Shown: one piece after another, positions 24,500 to 37,879 of the stretch
Position numbering within the stretch: position 1 is the first letter of the stretch
How the letters are laid out: each line of letters begins with the position of its first letter
Assembly (NCBI GenBank): GCA_001949185.1
Contig: BDGG01000001.1
Location: 7,936,695-8,000,694 of the forward strand
Reading direction: 5' to 3'
DNA: 64,000 nt
DNA from: Ramazzottius varieornatus
Taxonomy: Eukaryota; Animalia; Tardigrada
The notes under the pieces: model-generated
Databases searched by the model: none
What the model was told of the DNA's origin: nothing
What the model saw: only the letters and a program-made list of their open reading frames with translations
Program-made: the position numbers and the translations under genes

Positions 24500-25182
24500 A
24501 AGCCAAACGAGATCTCAAAGCTCGGATGGAGAGTGAACTGCCTTTACGAGAATACGCAAGAATGGTGAACATTCCGGAGTCGTCAATCCGAGGATGGGAG
24601 TAAGTACTACAAGTCGGCTATTACTCCAGTGTGTTCTGTAAACAACAAGGTTTTTATCAGTAGAAAGTAGCTACCCGAGAACACCGCTGATGCTCGGAGA
24701 AAGCCCATGTATCCTGAACTTTAGAAAAGAGTCGACACTGAAGTCCTGCAGAACAGAAACGTGGGACTGGCAAGCTGGAAGACAAAGGTATCGACCAAAT
24801 TATGATTTCTAGAGGTCTGACCGGTAAGTAGCAGCCTTGAACTGAACCATCCTTCAATATATACATGAAATGAAGCTATCATGCTTGGCGGAAGGCTCAG
24901 AGAGGGATGACAAAGAAAGGATACATGAAGAAACCGTTGAAACAAGATTTCGTAAATTTTGTTTCAGACGCGTGGCGTGATACTCAGCCCCCTGCAGTTT
25001 TAAACTCGTCCGTAGCTGTCAAAATCTTGCCTGAACCTCTTCACATGTTAGCGGATGAAGAATTGGACAAGGAGAATGATGATATTCCTATGGAATTCGG
25101 TTTTAGCTCAGTAGAAGAGAATTCTGACGAAGAGATTGTTGGTGATTCGTGCCTCGACGACAGCTTCTCGAGTGATTGCTAA
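24500..25182 (+). mobile_element. pogo/Tigger-like DDE transposase remnant
   Basis: HTH-like LREYARMVNIPESSIRGWE; GIDQIMISRGLT..QPLE; MTKKGYMKKPLKQDFVNFVSDAW..VLNS; acidic tail; multiple stops. Confidence 0.7.
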
Positions 25183-28100
25183 TTGGCAGTAACAGTGCAT
25201 TTCTGGCCCGGGGGGTTGAAATCTACGTGACGTGTAAACAGGAGCCAGAAATGACCCTTATTTTTGTTCGAACCATCAAATTTAGCCGGTTGGTTAATTG
25301 AAGAAATGGGGAATCTGTCACGTGGTCTCTGAGCCAAAGGTGTCAGTGGATGACAAAAGAAAACAGATACTTAGCAGGCGATTTGCTACAAAGGTACAAA
25401 CGTCAGAGCTCAATGCCAATAGAAAATGGCGATTCGCAGCCACGCCCCCATCCGAAGCGCGTTTTGTTTTCAATTTCGGGTTTGATTTTGTTCGTGGTGA
25501 GATGTTTTGGAGTGGTTCTTTCTCTATTCACTAGAATTCATTGTCTCCCTAGGTGAGGTTTTTTCCTACCCACTGGACAAGCTTGATTTAGACCCAAACC
25601 TAGACGATCCACCGCATCGTCAGACCTTTTTGGCGGAAGAAGAAGCGACACTGTTGATCAGTCCGGAGGATGATGCTGCAGTCAGGGAAAACCACGTACT
25701 TAGTTGCTTTCTTGCTTTCAGTCTGGATGTATTCGAACGTACTGTGCAAACTTTGGTTTGTTAGAACGAAGGTAAACCAAAGTAATGGCTGTAAACGTGA
25801 GTGACAGAATAGTATCTGTAACAGAAACGGAAGTTGGAAAACCCCTGGTTCTGCTTGGTTTTGCCCATACTGACGTAATATAATGACCCGCACAGCTCGC
25901 CAAGTCGCCATTCTTTATTAGCATCCACTCAAATGACAGCGTTCGAACTTTTGGAATCGGACTATAGGTTCAAGAGATACAAATATGCGAACGAACACCA
26001 TGGGGTGGGGGGGGGGGGGGGNNNNNNNNNNNNNNNNNNNNNNNNNNNNNNNNNNNNNNNNNNNNNNNNNNTGGGGTGGGGGGGGGGGGGGGCGATGACC
26101 GTGACAGTGACTGTACTAGCGGTCTTTTGTCAATTTTTGAGAAAGAAAGTTAGCCGCAGTGATCGTCCTAGGGAATAACAAAAAAGTGTGGAAGGCAAGG
26201 AAGACACTCAAAAGTGGGTCGCATTCGGAAATTTTTCTCTTTCGACAGCGAAAACCTGATCCAAAAAGTTTCCGGTAGTTTGGTGACGCATAACTCGTGC
26301 TATGTAATAGAGAGGATGGAAGATCAACCTGAAAAATCGTGGGAGAATTTTTCTGAAAAACCGGGTGGTGTAGAGTTTTCTGAGGTGCACAAGTTTGGTG
26401 AGGTTTTCGATTTCTGAATTTTCGTGTCCCACGGCTCTGATAGATCCTTAGACGTTGTGCGAACGGACACTGTTGATGTCTCTTCTAGCACCACTCCAAG
26501 TTCGGAAAGAATTGTTCACCAAGGAGCCTCGGGCGACACTTTCTCATTTTGAAAACTCGTGGCTTTTTGGAGGTGATGCAACCGGCTAATTTTCTGGAAA
26601 AAACATGCCGACCAAAAGTTTTGCCTGCTGTCGAAAGTATATCGATCTTGCTGTTGTTTCTCATACTGCACGCATCTTTGACCCAACGAGACGAATAGCA
26701 GTGGTCAATACAGTAAACTTGGCGGATTTTCAAAATTTTGCGATAAATTAAAACTTTTCTAGGAATGTTGGGAACAACTACCATAGGCAAGTTACGGCTA
26801 TTTCGAGGAAACTTGAGGCGTTATGTGTGCCAAACCACAAGAGGAAAGGCGGAAGCGTTCCGGTGATATGAATTTCTGAGCTGTGCGTCCAAAAACCTAA
26901 ATTTTATAGTTGAAGGCCTAACATATCTCACATCCCCGTACTGCTGGCGGAGGATAAGAATGGTGTCATGACTTAGTTGAAACTTCTTTGAAACTTGACC
27001 ATCAGTCTGTTGGACGAATTAATGTCGATCTCTCCTTCGGTCCGTTCCATCTGGTGGAACTTTTTCGACTTGCTCCGGAGGTTGTTCTCGATGACATGTG
27101 TTCTCTCCAAAGATTCCTGAGGAAATTGAAAACGACAATATCCTTTCTCCGACGTACAGTTTAGCGTATGACAATGGTTTTGTGATTCATTTCCGAACCA
27201 GGCAGCATGGGATCAGTTTTCTCGTCAGGTATCTTTGCCGAAAAGTATTAACCGATGTGTTTCTCTGGCGTTTCTCGTCCAGACGAATTTTGTTGGTTGA
27301 TCTACATCGGAAGCCCCTTCCTCCCAGAAGAACATGTGTACATGAGGACAACCACGATCGGGGAACTCAGAGAGCAGGAACTAGTCTTTCGCAAGACCTA
27401 AACGTGTGCTTGGTCATTATCGGCGTCTGTAAAACGTCACAAAAAGCTAACTACGTCTGGATCTAAATACATGAGAGCGAAGAACATTTGGCCACACCAG
27501 AGTTTAGCCTATGGTTTTGGCTGGACGAAACGAAACCTTGCTTTCTTCCTTGATTTGCGGGGTTGTCGCGTGTGACTTGCGAAAGAACGACCAGAAATCG
27601 GTCTTCTCGTCATGAAAGTGTAGCACGACTAGTTACGAGCTGCGCATGAACGCAAAGTACAATGATTGAAGTTGTGTCATATTCGAGTACCACCAAAGAG
27701 CTTAGCATCTAAACAAAATCTTTGCTTTCGTCGGTGGTGTTGGTTCGAAGATGGTAAGGCTCCAGACGCTAGCAGTGTAACCGCCGTTTCGAAGGAAAGA
27801 GGTTGCAGATGGAGGGTGGAGTCAGCCATCCGCGTGTCTGGTTTCGCGCGTCGTGCTACTACGACCCTGCTGAAAATCCTACGTCTGACAAACACGCCAC
27901 GAGGAATCTATCAAAGGTCGACATCTTTGTCTAGTGGTGCGTCAGCACACCGTACATTGCTTACGTTGTCCCGAAGAACCCTCCTTCCAGGGGAGACAAA
28001 ACCTTTGCAGAACGAATGTTCAGGTTCACGCCCAGAAGTTACGATTTAGTCCAGCGGCTACTTCTCCATGTCAAGCCTAGCTTTCGGGAGGTCTAGAGTA

Positions 28101-29594
28101 AAGCTGATCGGGAAGTCCACCATCAGCTTGTGCGATGTTTTCCGCAGCTTGAACAGGCTTTTCCTGGCTGACTCAACCGGCAAACACTCCTGTAGAGCAG
28201 AAGACTGTGAGACATCGACTTTTGGGTTTGATCCACAGTTGGTTTGGTGGGCGACGACTGTCGTTCGCCGCCGTCCCTTGATCACCGCAAAGATTCCGAC
28301 TGCCTTGCCTTTCGGCACCGCATTCTTAGTTCCTGCCTTCAATTTCTTTGGCACGGTCTCACTCGATACCGCCGCGGGCCTCGGATACACGGAAAATCAC
28401 GATGCTTCTGCGCATTTAGCACATTTATTTGGCACTAGGGAATCAAGAGAACGTTTCACCGCTGTGGGAACTTTGCGATATCGGCTTCCTCTTCGCAATT
28501 TGACACCCCGAACGTACCCTCGGTGAGCTCGGCTTCTTTCTCAACTATATATTCCCGTTGATCGACGAGATGAGTTCTTTAAGTTGTTCTCCGGAGCGTC
28601 AGCTCCGTTGAAGACAACTGGTTAGATCCGCTTGAGGACATTTGTCGCTTGGGGTTGCCCGAGCTTTCCACTGCCCATGTTCATCCATGTTCTGTCGCTC
28701 GATGATTACGCGGCCTGCAACTGACTTTACTGTCTTCCATTTAGACTTCTCTTTGACGCCTGCTCTAGCACAGTGTAATATTCACTCGAAACTTCTCTGG
28801 AACGCTCCCGCCTTATAGATTTCAGGAATGCCCAAAGTAGAGACGAACAAACCACTTCCAAAAAAATTTCTGAGGGAGAACAATCTAACCCGTTTCCACC
28901 TTGCCACTCGAAGTGCCACGAACGATAGCCACAATTGCAGGTAGGTTTAGCGATGCAAGCTTCGACTTTAGAAAACTATCCGTCGGATTGAATAGATGTT
29001 CCATTTTTGAAAAGGACGCGATTTAGTCAAATAGCACCAATGCGAACAAACCACACTCCGCGACCACAGCTAAAAGAACCTTCAATTGAGGAAGACAGCT
29101 GGTTTTGTGACCGGAATAAATAGTAAGCACAGAGCTAGCTTATTCTTTCCAAATTACTTTCTCGAGTAACGCAGCCTGCCAATTTAGTTTGTTATACCAC
29201 TCATGCAACGTGGAACTAACAGAACAAGAGATCGCAAATACTTCGATAATGAGACGCGGCCACGACTTTTGTACTACGAGTTTTAAGCGCCAAATTTATC
29301 CAAGTTCGGTATTGAAACTGGACGCACAAATGGGTTAAGCTGTGTTTGACTCTCAACGTGAAAAGTGCGACAACCGAGGTGCCAGTGAATGTTACGTGGA
29401 ACGCTGATTTTTGCAAGCGAGGCTGATGTTGCAACGTACCGGCGATCCGCTCATACTTACTCGTTCGAATATGCAAGTCGTCAGGTACAAGCATTCGGTG
29501 CTTGCGTGTATCTTGACTGAGATCAGTGACCATGATCAGAGGAGGGATGGTTGTTCAGTTGAAGCTTCTGTTCTCATAAGCGCTCCGTTTGACC

Positions 29595-31156
29595 ATGCAT
29601 GTTTACGGAGTGAAAAACTTGCAAACCAAAGGAACTGGCTGTATCGCGGTTTTGTTTTTTCTTGCACTAATATGGAGAAACATCAAAGAACACATGTTCC
29701 AGTTCAAATCGTACATCAGGTTCACTGAAACTGTGGACCAGCTTCACAAAAACACTTCGCTCGGTCCGTACTTGCAGACTGATGAGACCGTTCGGAATGC
29801 CAAAGTACAGGGAGGCTGCGTTATCTCTTTGGACGAGGACTGAAATGTAGTGAGAGTATATTACACAACTTATCTGTCTTCGGAAGAAACTTCTCATGCA
29901 TTACTAGCATGCACCCCGTGCTATTCTGAACGGGAATCTTGTATCAGGCATAAAGGTGTTTCCCGTATTTCAATCTGTGAAACTGAATGAGTTCGAATGT
30001 TCGGAAGACTACCAGAAACTGATCGACGGTCGTTAAAGTGGTTCCAGTTGAATGCAACATCGTAATACGGACAGGCAGTTTGTTCGACAAATATTCTGTT
30101 TCAGATTGCCCTGTTAGTTTCGAAGTGCCGGATAAGAGATATCACGATGGATCAACAAGTTTCAAGTTCTGATTTTCGAATCATGGAGTTAACTTTGCGG
30201 CGACTGGCATCGGAAGCTGATAGAAGGCACCAAAAGACAAGAAAAGTCACGTCATAGGATCTGGAACTTTACCTTCTTCAGAGCGTGGATCCGGTCAGGC
30301 AGTTTTGACACTTAACGGAGCACAGGGCGGGCTGGGGAATTTAATGTTTCAGCTAGCAACTGCGTTCGGAGTAGCAAAGAGGAATAATCGAACCCTCAAC
30401 CCAATTACAAACGACTCCCGTTTGTATTACTTCCGAGACATTTTAGCACCTCTCGTGCTACGCCCTACGGATGCCGTTGCGGTAGGGGAGTTTGCCTGCT
30501 GTAAATACAATGCGCGTACTGAAAACCTCAACCTTCTGTACGGTAACAAGGCGGTTGTCCTTACGGGATATTTTAAGTCCTGGAAATACTTTCACGTCTT
30601 CAGGGATGAGATAGTTTCGTCTTTTACTTTCACTGCTGACATCTACAATGCCTCGTTGAAAGCTCTAAGTGAGCGCTATCGTACCAGCCTCGCGTCGGGT
30701 TCGCTTTTCGAACTGAAAAAAGTGAACAGATTGCCAGTTCTTGTGGGAATCCATGTACGCCGTGGCGATATCTTGGTTGGGGAAATAAGAATCACGGGCA
30801 CATTCCAGCCAGTGATCAGTACTTGCTGCGAGCTGCCCTCTATTTCCAGACGAAGTAGGATTACGTGATATTTGTTCTTGTGAGCAATGGCATGGAGTAC
30901 AGTCGTAAGCTATTTGAAACTCAAAAAAATATTTTATAAACATAAGCACGACTGAGGCAACCGATATGGCATTGATGTCCTTGATGGATCACATGGTGAT
31001 ATCGGTAGGGACCTTTGGCTTTTGGAGCGCGTATCTGGGGCCTGACGAGAGAGAGAGATCATTTACTACAAAGATTGGCCTAGAAACGGGAGTGATATGC
31101 AGGCTATAGTGGATCATCAAGATTATTTTCTGCCTCAGTGGAAACCAATGCGGTAG
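29595..31156 (+). pseudogene. GT11 alpha-1,2-fucosyltransferase (FUT1/FUT2-like) pseudogene
   Basis: Probable signal-anchor exon (CIAVLFFLALIW); GGLGNLMFQLA, LTGYFKSWKYF, GIHVRRGD. Then frameshifts and stops, with DMALMSLMDHMVISVGTFGFWSAYL and DYFLPQWKPM in other frames. Confidence 0.85.
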
Positions 31157-31899
31157 ATGTCCCGTCGATCTGTTTACCACATTACGATTTGTGAAAGATA
31201 TCGGTCTATGAAACCTGCGGTTTCCGGGTTAACTAAGCCCATTTTGGATGAACAATTTTTACCCTTTTGTAAAACAGGGAGTTCGACTTCGATTGACAAA
31301 GTGCATCGGTATCATGTTCATAACTCATCTGTACGCCCACCACAGTGAATTTTCAAAGTGGCTACGCGCATTGCCATGGAACAAGCGGTAAAATGACATG
31401 GCGGTAAGGGTGTCATTGTGACCTTCCTGGAATGTGAGGAGTACGGGGTGTCCCCGTTTTAGTTCTGACTGGCCGTGTTGACGTTGACTGCATCTGTGAC
31501 AGTTGTAATTTGGGGAATCTCGTCTCTCCTGAATAGACGAAATTTTGAGGTCTTGAAGTGCGTATGGGTTAGCTCGAGTAGGTTTCGTTCGAGGCAGTAA
31601 GTGAGCTAGTACGGATTCCATTGTAAGCAAGTTAAGATACACGCCATCACACCTTTAATGGATTTTCAGTTTACTAGATTACTGAGCAATAGTTTCTGTA
31701 ATGTCCTAATTTATATACACCGCTATCCATTTATTTTCACTGTTCCTTCTTGCATTCGCCGAATTCCGGTCCGAACTGGTTCAGACTTTGACCAAAATTC
31801 AGAAATGTAGTCTAGATGTTCACAACGTGGCTATCTTTTTCGTTTTCTGTCTTGCAGTTCATATTTTGATTTTTCTCGCATTTTTATGCTTCCATAATG

Positions 31900-34800
31900 C
31901 AGCTTATTGCCTAGCAAATCAGAAAATAATTTACAAATGTCCATTATCTTGAACTTCGTGGGACTTTCGTATAAATTAGAGTTAAATTTATTTGACCTTG
32001 GCGTCAAAATGAACAAACGCACTAAACACACTTCTATGTCTAGTGGCAGTTCCCGCAAAAAAGCAAAACCTAAATCCTCCCGGGTTACAGTTTGTCGTGC
32101 GAATGCTAAGCGGAAACGGCAAGATGACTCAGAGCCTCCTAATACTCTCTGCAAGCTGAAAAAAATCAGAAGAGCGGCGCAGTTGAAAACCAAAATTTGT
32201 CCTCGATACGACGTTACTCTGTTTTGTACCGATGCTGACTCTTTATGCTGTGGGCGAACTCTAAAAAAGCAGGAGTCATTGATACAACTTCCTCACGTAC
32301 CTTCTGCATGGATTGCATTATTTATGATTACTGCTTTTGCGACCCACTGTCGACAATTCAATAACCACTTCGCATTTAGTGCTATCGCTTCAACTCATGG
32401 AGTAGAACGAGTTTCTGGCGTCTGACGGAATGCCCTGATGGAGCCAAGAAATCAAGCATACGATTAGCCAGTTTGCCTATTACAGTACAGGCAACTGTTG
32501 ATGCGGCACAAACCGATGCATATGGTCGGACGATGCGGCACAAACCGATGCATATGGCTCAACGAGTACCTCGTTGACAGTTTTAGTGCAGTCGAAACTG
32601 ATCCGTCTTGATTTCGAGCGCAAACAACAAAAAAGGGCTGTGAAAAAGGGTGATCTGTCGCAACTGAGGAGCGATGAAACGATTAACGCAGACGGTGAAA
32701 TTAAATTTTAAGCTAGTTTACTTGACCTCTGAGTTCCTGGGATCTCCACGCCATCAGCAAAAGTTAGTTGCCGACGCATTAGCTATCGTGAGACGTTTTG
32801 GGAATCCCACCTTTTTTATAACGATGTCCTGTAACCCCAAGTGGCCAGAGATCATTGCGGAGCTGCTCCCTGGACAGACAGCTGCAGATCGTCCGGATAT
32901 CACGGCTCGCGTTTTTCACGGGAAACTTGCTCACTTATTCGAGCTGATTCCTAAGGCTCTCAAGTGTGGGAAAATCATCTATCGAATACACGTCATCGAG
33001 TTTCAGAAACGTGGTCTTCCGCATGCTCACATCTCTATCAAAGCGCAGAACGAGCCTAAAACGGCAGAAGAAATCGACGCTGTCATTTGCGCTTGCGTGG
33101 CTCGTAATCACCACCAGCTGAAAGGAATTATAGAAGCATTGTACATTCATTCCTGCCGACCAGAACGATGCCACAAAAAGCAGAAGACCACCAGTAACAA
33201 CAGGAAACCACGCTGCGATCAGGGATACTCTTTTGTCCTAACAAACAAAACTTATATCGATGAAGCTGGCTACGTACGGTACAAACGTCAGACGGAACAG
33301 GACCGGTTAGTAGTGTCGTACAACCCGGAATTGACCTATGAATTGAACTGCCATATCAATGTGGATATATCCCATGCTGTTCTACTTATCATGTACCTTT
33401 ACAAGTATTTTTAAAAGGAATGGACCAAGCTAAGTGGAAGCTGGACGTTGTTGAGTACCAGGATTCTGTCAGGGTACCAGGATTCCAGGTACTTATCGGC
33501 CTGCGAGGCAGCATGGAGGTTTTTCGGATTTGAAACCACAAGAAGAATTCCCTCAGTTGACAATTACCCAGTGCATTTGGATAAAGGGAACTACGTCGTA
33601 TTTAATAAAGGAAATGAGGATGCGGCACTCAACTCCATTTCCCCGCTAGAACGTTATTTTCTCCGACCAGACGACCCGAATTCCGACGAACTAACATACC
33701 TTCAGTGTTACGAGCAGTATAAAGTGACTAATGTGGAACCGAGTAACAAAATTCAACATTCTATGGCAGTATTCAGAGACGAAGCACCGGATGGAAAAAC
33801 GCGTACGAAAGACAATCTCACCATGTCGCAAGGATGGAAATCAGATGACCTAGTGCCGGTGAAGTTTATTGTCTTCGGATGCTACTAAATCACCGCGCAG
33901 CCCGCTCTTATGACGACCTGCGAGCAGTTGACAACATATAATACAGCTTCTTCGCGGAAACAGCCGTCGCAATGGGTCTCGTTGCTAGAAACGGTGAAGC
34001 TGACCTGTGTGTGGAGGAGGCTATCACAAGTTTACGGTCGCCAGCTCAACTTCGGAGTTTTTTTGTGTTGCTAATCAACGAAGGTGCACCCGCAGTAGAC
34101 CTGTACAACAAGTTTGCTAAAACGCTGGCTTCGGAATTATGCGATAAATCAGTTCCTGGCGGAACAAGAAGCAGAAAACAGGGTTCTAATAGCCATCTCG
34201 AAAACACTTGAGAGCCTTGGTAAATCAAATTTCGATTACGGCTTACCTGAACCTCCGAACAAAAGTACCGAACTGTACAGAATCTAACTGCAGTACAACA
34301 AAGAGCAATGCATGAGCCAGTACCGCAACAAATTGTCTTCGCTCAACAACGAACAGATGGAATTACACGCAGTTCAACGCAAACTGGATCAAAATCGAGG
34401 TGGCCTTTCATTTCTCAACGGACAGGCAGGTCAAGGAAAGACGTATGTCTGTAACATACTGCTGAACTATGTAAGAGGATAAGGACAGATAGCATTAGCC
34501 TGCGCAAGTACCGCAATCGCGGCAATGAATTATCCGGGCGGTCGTACAGCCCATAATATTCTAAAATTCCTGTCAAAGACGATTACCACAACCTGAGCGA
34601 TATACTGAACAGTGTGACGTATTACCAACTGGCAAACGGGCGGAAGTTTTACGCCAATGTCGGTTAATCATATGGGACGAGTGTTCCATGATGCACCGGG
34701 CGAGAATGCTCCAAAACGTACAAATACAAATACTGTTAATGGATGGATAAACGGTTAGATGAATGGATAAGCGGATGGATAAAAACTTATCCGGATACCA

Positions 34801-36297
34801 TTTGGATGGATGAAAAGTTTATCCGTATCCAGCTTCTTGGATAAAACCTTTATCCGGATTATCCGAATATATCCGGTTAAACCAATTAGGTACAAACTAT
34901 ATGTTCAATCACTAGAGCCAAACCGAAACTACCAAACTTTGTAGCGTATCTATTCATCTTCTGTCATCATTGCTACCATAGCTTCAAAAACAACCGTTCA
35001 AGGGTTCAGACATAACATGGCTTGAAGGGCCTCAGGTTCTAGGCGGTTACGAAGGACTGTAACGTATCGACCACAACCAGAGAACGCACTCTCAGGAGGT
35101 ACAAAAGAAGCCTGTGCAGCCAGAACATCCTTCACAATGCGGTACAATGTCGGATAGCGGCTTTCCGACATGCTCCAAAATTCCAGGACATCTCTTTTGA
35201 CTGATTCCTTTGGATACAGGAAGAATTGGTCGTATTCGTTAAGCTGGGAGTCTGCTGCCAAAGTGACTTACGCCATCATCCGTTCGCGGATAGACAGCTG
35301 CGTATTCGGAGGTGGAGCGGTAGACTTCTCGGCAATGTCGGAACTTCCTCTTTGGCTGTAATAAAAACAACTTACAAACAGCACGAGCTATAGTTCGTAA
35401 GAACGGAAGAGTGTAACGAGAAACAATGTTCAATAAGCCGACTTCCAGTAGGCTTGTAACAGTGGAGAGATTGCGCATCGTTACGATTCTTTCAGACTAC
35501 TACGTAACGTTAGCAAGACGAGTTGGGCTGTTTTGCTTTGATTGTCTGTTTTATTGATTCAGGTAGGTTTATCCGGATAAAACTCGGATGGATAGAGATG
35601 TTATCCGGATCATATCCGGATGGATGAAATTCTTATCCAATCCATGTTTTATCCGGATATATCCGGATAAATCCGTTGTGGATGGATAATTAACATCCCT
35701 AAATACTCTCCATAGGATTCCTGGTCTGTATCGAAGAAGTAAAGAAGGCCGACAAGAAAGTCAAGACCAAAGAATGGCGTGAAGTTACCATCAGAGATGA
35801 GACCATCGAGAAGGAACGAACCCTCATCTTACGAGGACCACCGGTAAAACCACCTCACTGAAAAACTCCCACCGACAGCATGTGCATTCATTTCATTCAT
35901 TTCATCCATTTCAGGCCGTCATTTTCGCGAAGAAAACGTTTGAGCATGGAACCCTAGTATTGAAAGGATTACAACTGGTGGAAGATTTCTTGGAGATCAT
36001 ACCAGGAAAATTCATGTGGTACACGAACAATGATATTTCCAAGCATGAGCTCAAGGAATGGATGGATGAGCAATTAAACATGTAGTACAAGCGACTTTTT
36101 TATTTAATCATCTTTCTGGTTTGCAAACACACTGTTTCCCCAACTTTGATCCGATCGGCTGCTAATATTCACTTTTCCATCCTCGTCCTCACTCGTCTAT
36201 TACAAGCTGAATCTAATTATCCCACCTCGATCCTTCCAGTCTTCCTACATCCCCGACAAGCTGCGAGCGAGCCGAAGGCGAAGCGAACAGCTTGTAG
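31900..36297 (+). mobile_element. Decayed Helitron (Rep/helicase) with nested hAT and putative captured 3' sequence
   Basis: FNNHFAFS; Rep motifs FFITMSCNPKWPEI, EFQKRGLPHAHI, YLYKY; RYLSACEAAWR; helicase FLNGQAGQGKT, ASTAIAA, IIWDECSM (~34400-34700); many stops. The 3' boundary is inferred from the hairpin at 36257-36297. Confidence 0.9.
34734..35701 (-). mobile_element. Non-autonomous hAT element with ggat/atcc subterminal arrays
   Basis: Internal DVLEFW..RYPTLYRIVKDVLAAQAS..PESAFS..RNRLEPEALQAMLCL (hAT dimerisation domain); ggat/atcc repeat blocks at both ends; right end ttaacatcccta, left end truncated (tgttaa). Confidence 0.85.
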
Positions 36298-36599
36298 TTA
36301 TATGAATGTTACGGTGCTGTGCGCAACAAGCTTTGCTTGTACATTTTTGAGCCAATGCTTGATATTTAAAGTTGTTATATTATTCGAGGTGTGTGTTGGT
36401 CCGCGATCAGGCATCTGTTGTAGCTGAGCGTTCGTCTAAGTTCATGCTGTTCCGGTATCCTGACCATCATATCGATATTGTTCACGTTCAGTTCGTTCGT
36501 AATACTGCCCAGTGTACAACGGATGCGGCCCCGCCTCGATTCTGCTGAATATCAGGAATAATACATAGTATCATTTTTTGTGGTTGGCATCCATGTAAA

Positions 36600-37464
36600 G
36601 ACGCGGATACCAATGGTGCAAAACAGTTCCTCCCTCTGTGGAACGGTACAGCATCTTTCCTCGAATCAAATTGGACACCTGCGTTCCGACTCTCTCTTTT
36701 TACGGACGCAGCTTGGTCTATAGGCTGCGGAGCTATATGTGAACATGAATGGCTCCACAACAAGTGGCCGGCTTGGGTCATACAGCTGAACCCACCTATT
36801 GCGTGGCTTGGAATAGTCCCCATTTGTTTACCCTGCCCTACCTATGGCTCTCGATGGCGGGATAAACGACTATAGTTTTATTCGGATAGCCAGGCTACAA
36901 TAGCGGTCTGGAGCAAGCTTTCATCACCTCGCGAGGGTCTTATGGAGTTCATCAGACGAATTTATTTTCAAGCGGCAAGGGGCAATTTCACACTCAGAAT
37001 TACACATATACCCGGAGTTGCGAACGCTGTAGCTGATTCACTCTCACGATTTCCTGTGGATCGGTTCCGCGCGCTTGCTCCGTCTGCAAACCAGTTTTCC
37101 GAGACCATAGACATGAACCTAACTTAGTCAAGGGAGTCGCTGAATCAGCCTCTTGGAAACTGGATCGATTCCTCGATGCAGGAGTCGACCAGCTCATAGA
37201 TGCCCACTTGGCTGATGGTTCCCGAAGAGGTTTTGGAACTGGAGTTAGAAGGATTTTCTGTTTCTGTATGACCTATGACTATCCATTGATGCCCATGGAT
37301 AGCAGAACTATCCGTCGCTTAGCCGCATTTTTTTTATGCTAATTTCTCTCATCGCACTGGCGGTGTCTATATTGCAGCAATTCATAAAATCCACCTGATC
37401 CGGGTCAGCAAACCTTGCGACCAGTAATAGTACAATGTGCCAGAGGACATTCCTTCACTACCGG
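36600..37464 (+). mobile_element. DIRS/Ngaro tyrosine-recombinase retrotransposon fragment (RNase H plus YR N-terminus)
   Basis: FLPLWNG..FTDAAWSIGCG..W..HIPGVANAVADSLSR followed by YR-N-like LADGSRRGF..FC..VYIAAI; terminal-repeat-like 37402-37464. Confidence 0.85.
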
Positions 37465-37602
37465 CACAACACCTCGTGTTCGTTCTCCATTCATGTAACG
37501 TGTGCCAATGATGGTCTTTCCACGATGCTGACTTCAGCCGTCTGAGATTTGTGTCGTTATCTAGCGCTTAGTAACGTAACGGTGTATGTCGTAATTGGGG
37601 TA

Positions 37603-37862
37603 CAGGAGGAGTAAGCATGTGTGACCCAGTGAGGAAATGTGTGACCCAGTAGTCTCAAACGGCGCATCCATAGAAAAGCATGAGAAACTCGTACTTAAAA
37701 CAAAGCCTATGACGTAACGAATAACAGTGTTGAATTACAGTGTTGTCTATCTTACATGAAAAGTGTTTCTGTTAACGTAATGCATACTTGATACATGTCA
37801 CGCCGTCGGAGACTACAGGGTCACACATTTCCTCACTGGGTCACACATGCTTACTCCTCCTG
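37603..37862. mobile_element. Tc1/mariner-type MITE (260 bp)
   Basis: ~54-bp near-perfect TIR caggaggagtaagcatgtgtgacccagtgaggaaatgtgtgaccc with internal direct repeat; TA TSD. Confidence 0.9.
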
Positions 37863-37879
37863 TACAGATTTCTGCGACT

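Noticed and set aside
26003-26093. G-runs as a G-quadruplex or regulatory element
   Set aside because: They flank an assembly gap, so true sequence and length are unknown.
27000-28750. Minus-strand retroelement gag-like remnant
   Set aside because: Coding-like fragments, but no diagnostic motif such as CCHC or protease.
34734-35701. ggat repeats as telomeric or satellite DNA
   Set aside because: They occur in both orientations around a hAT dimerisation domain, so they are subterminal repeats.
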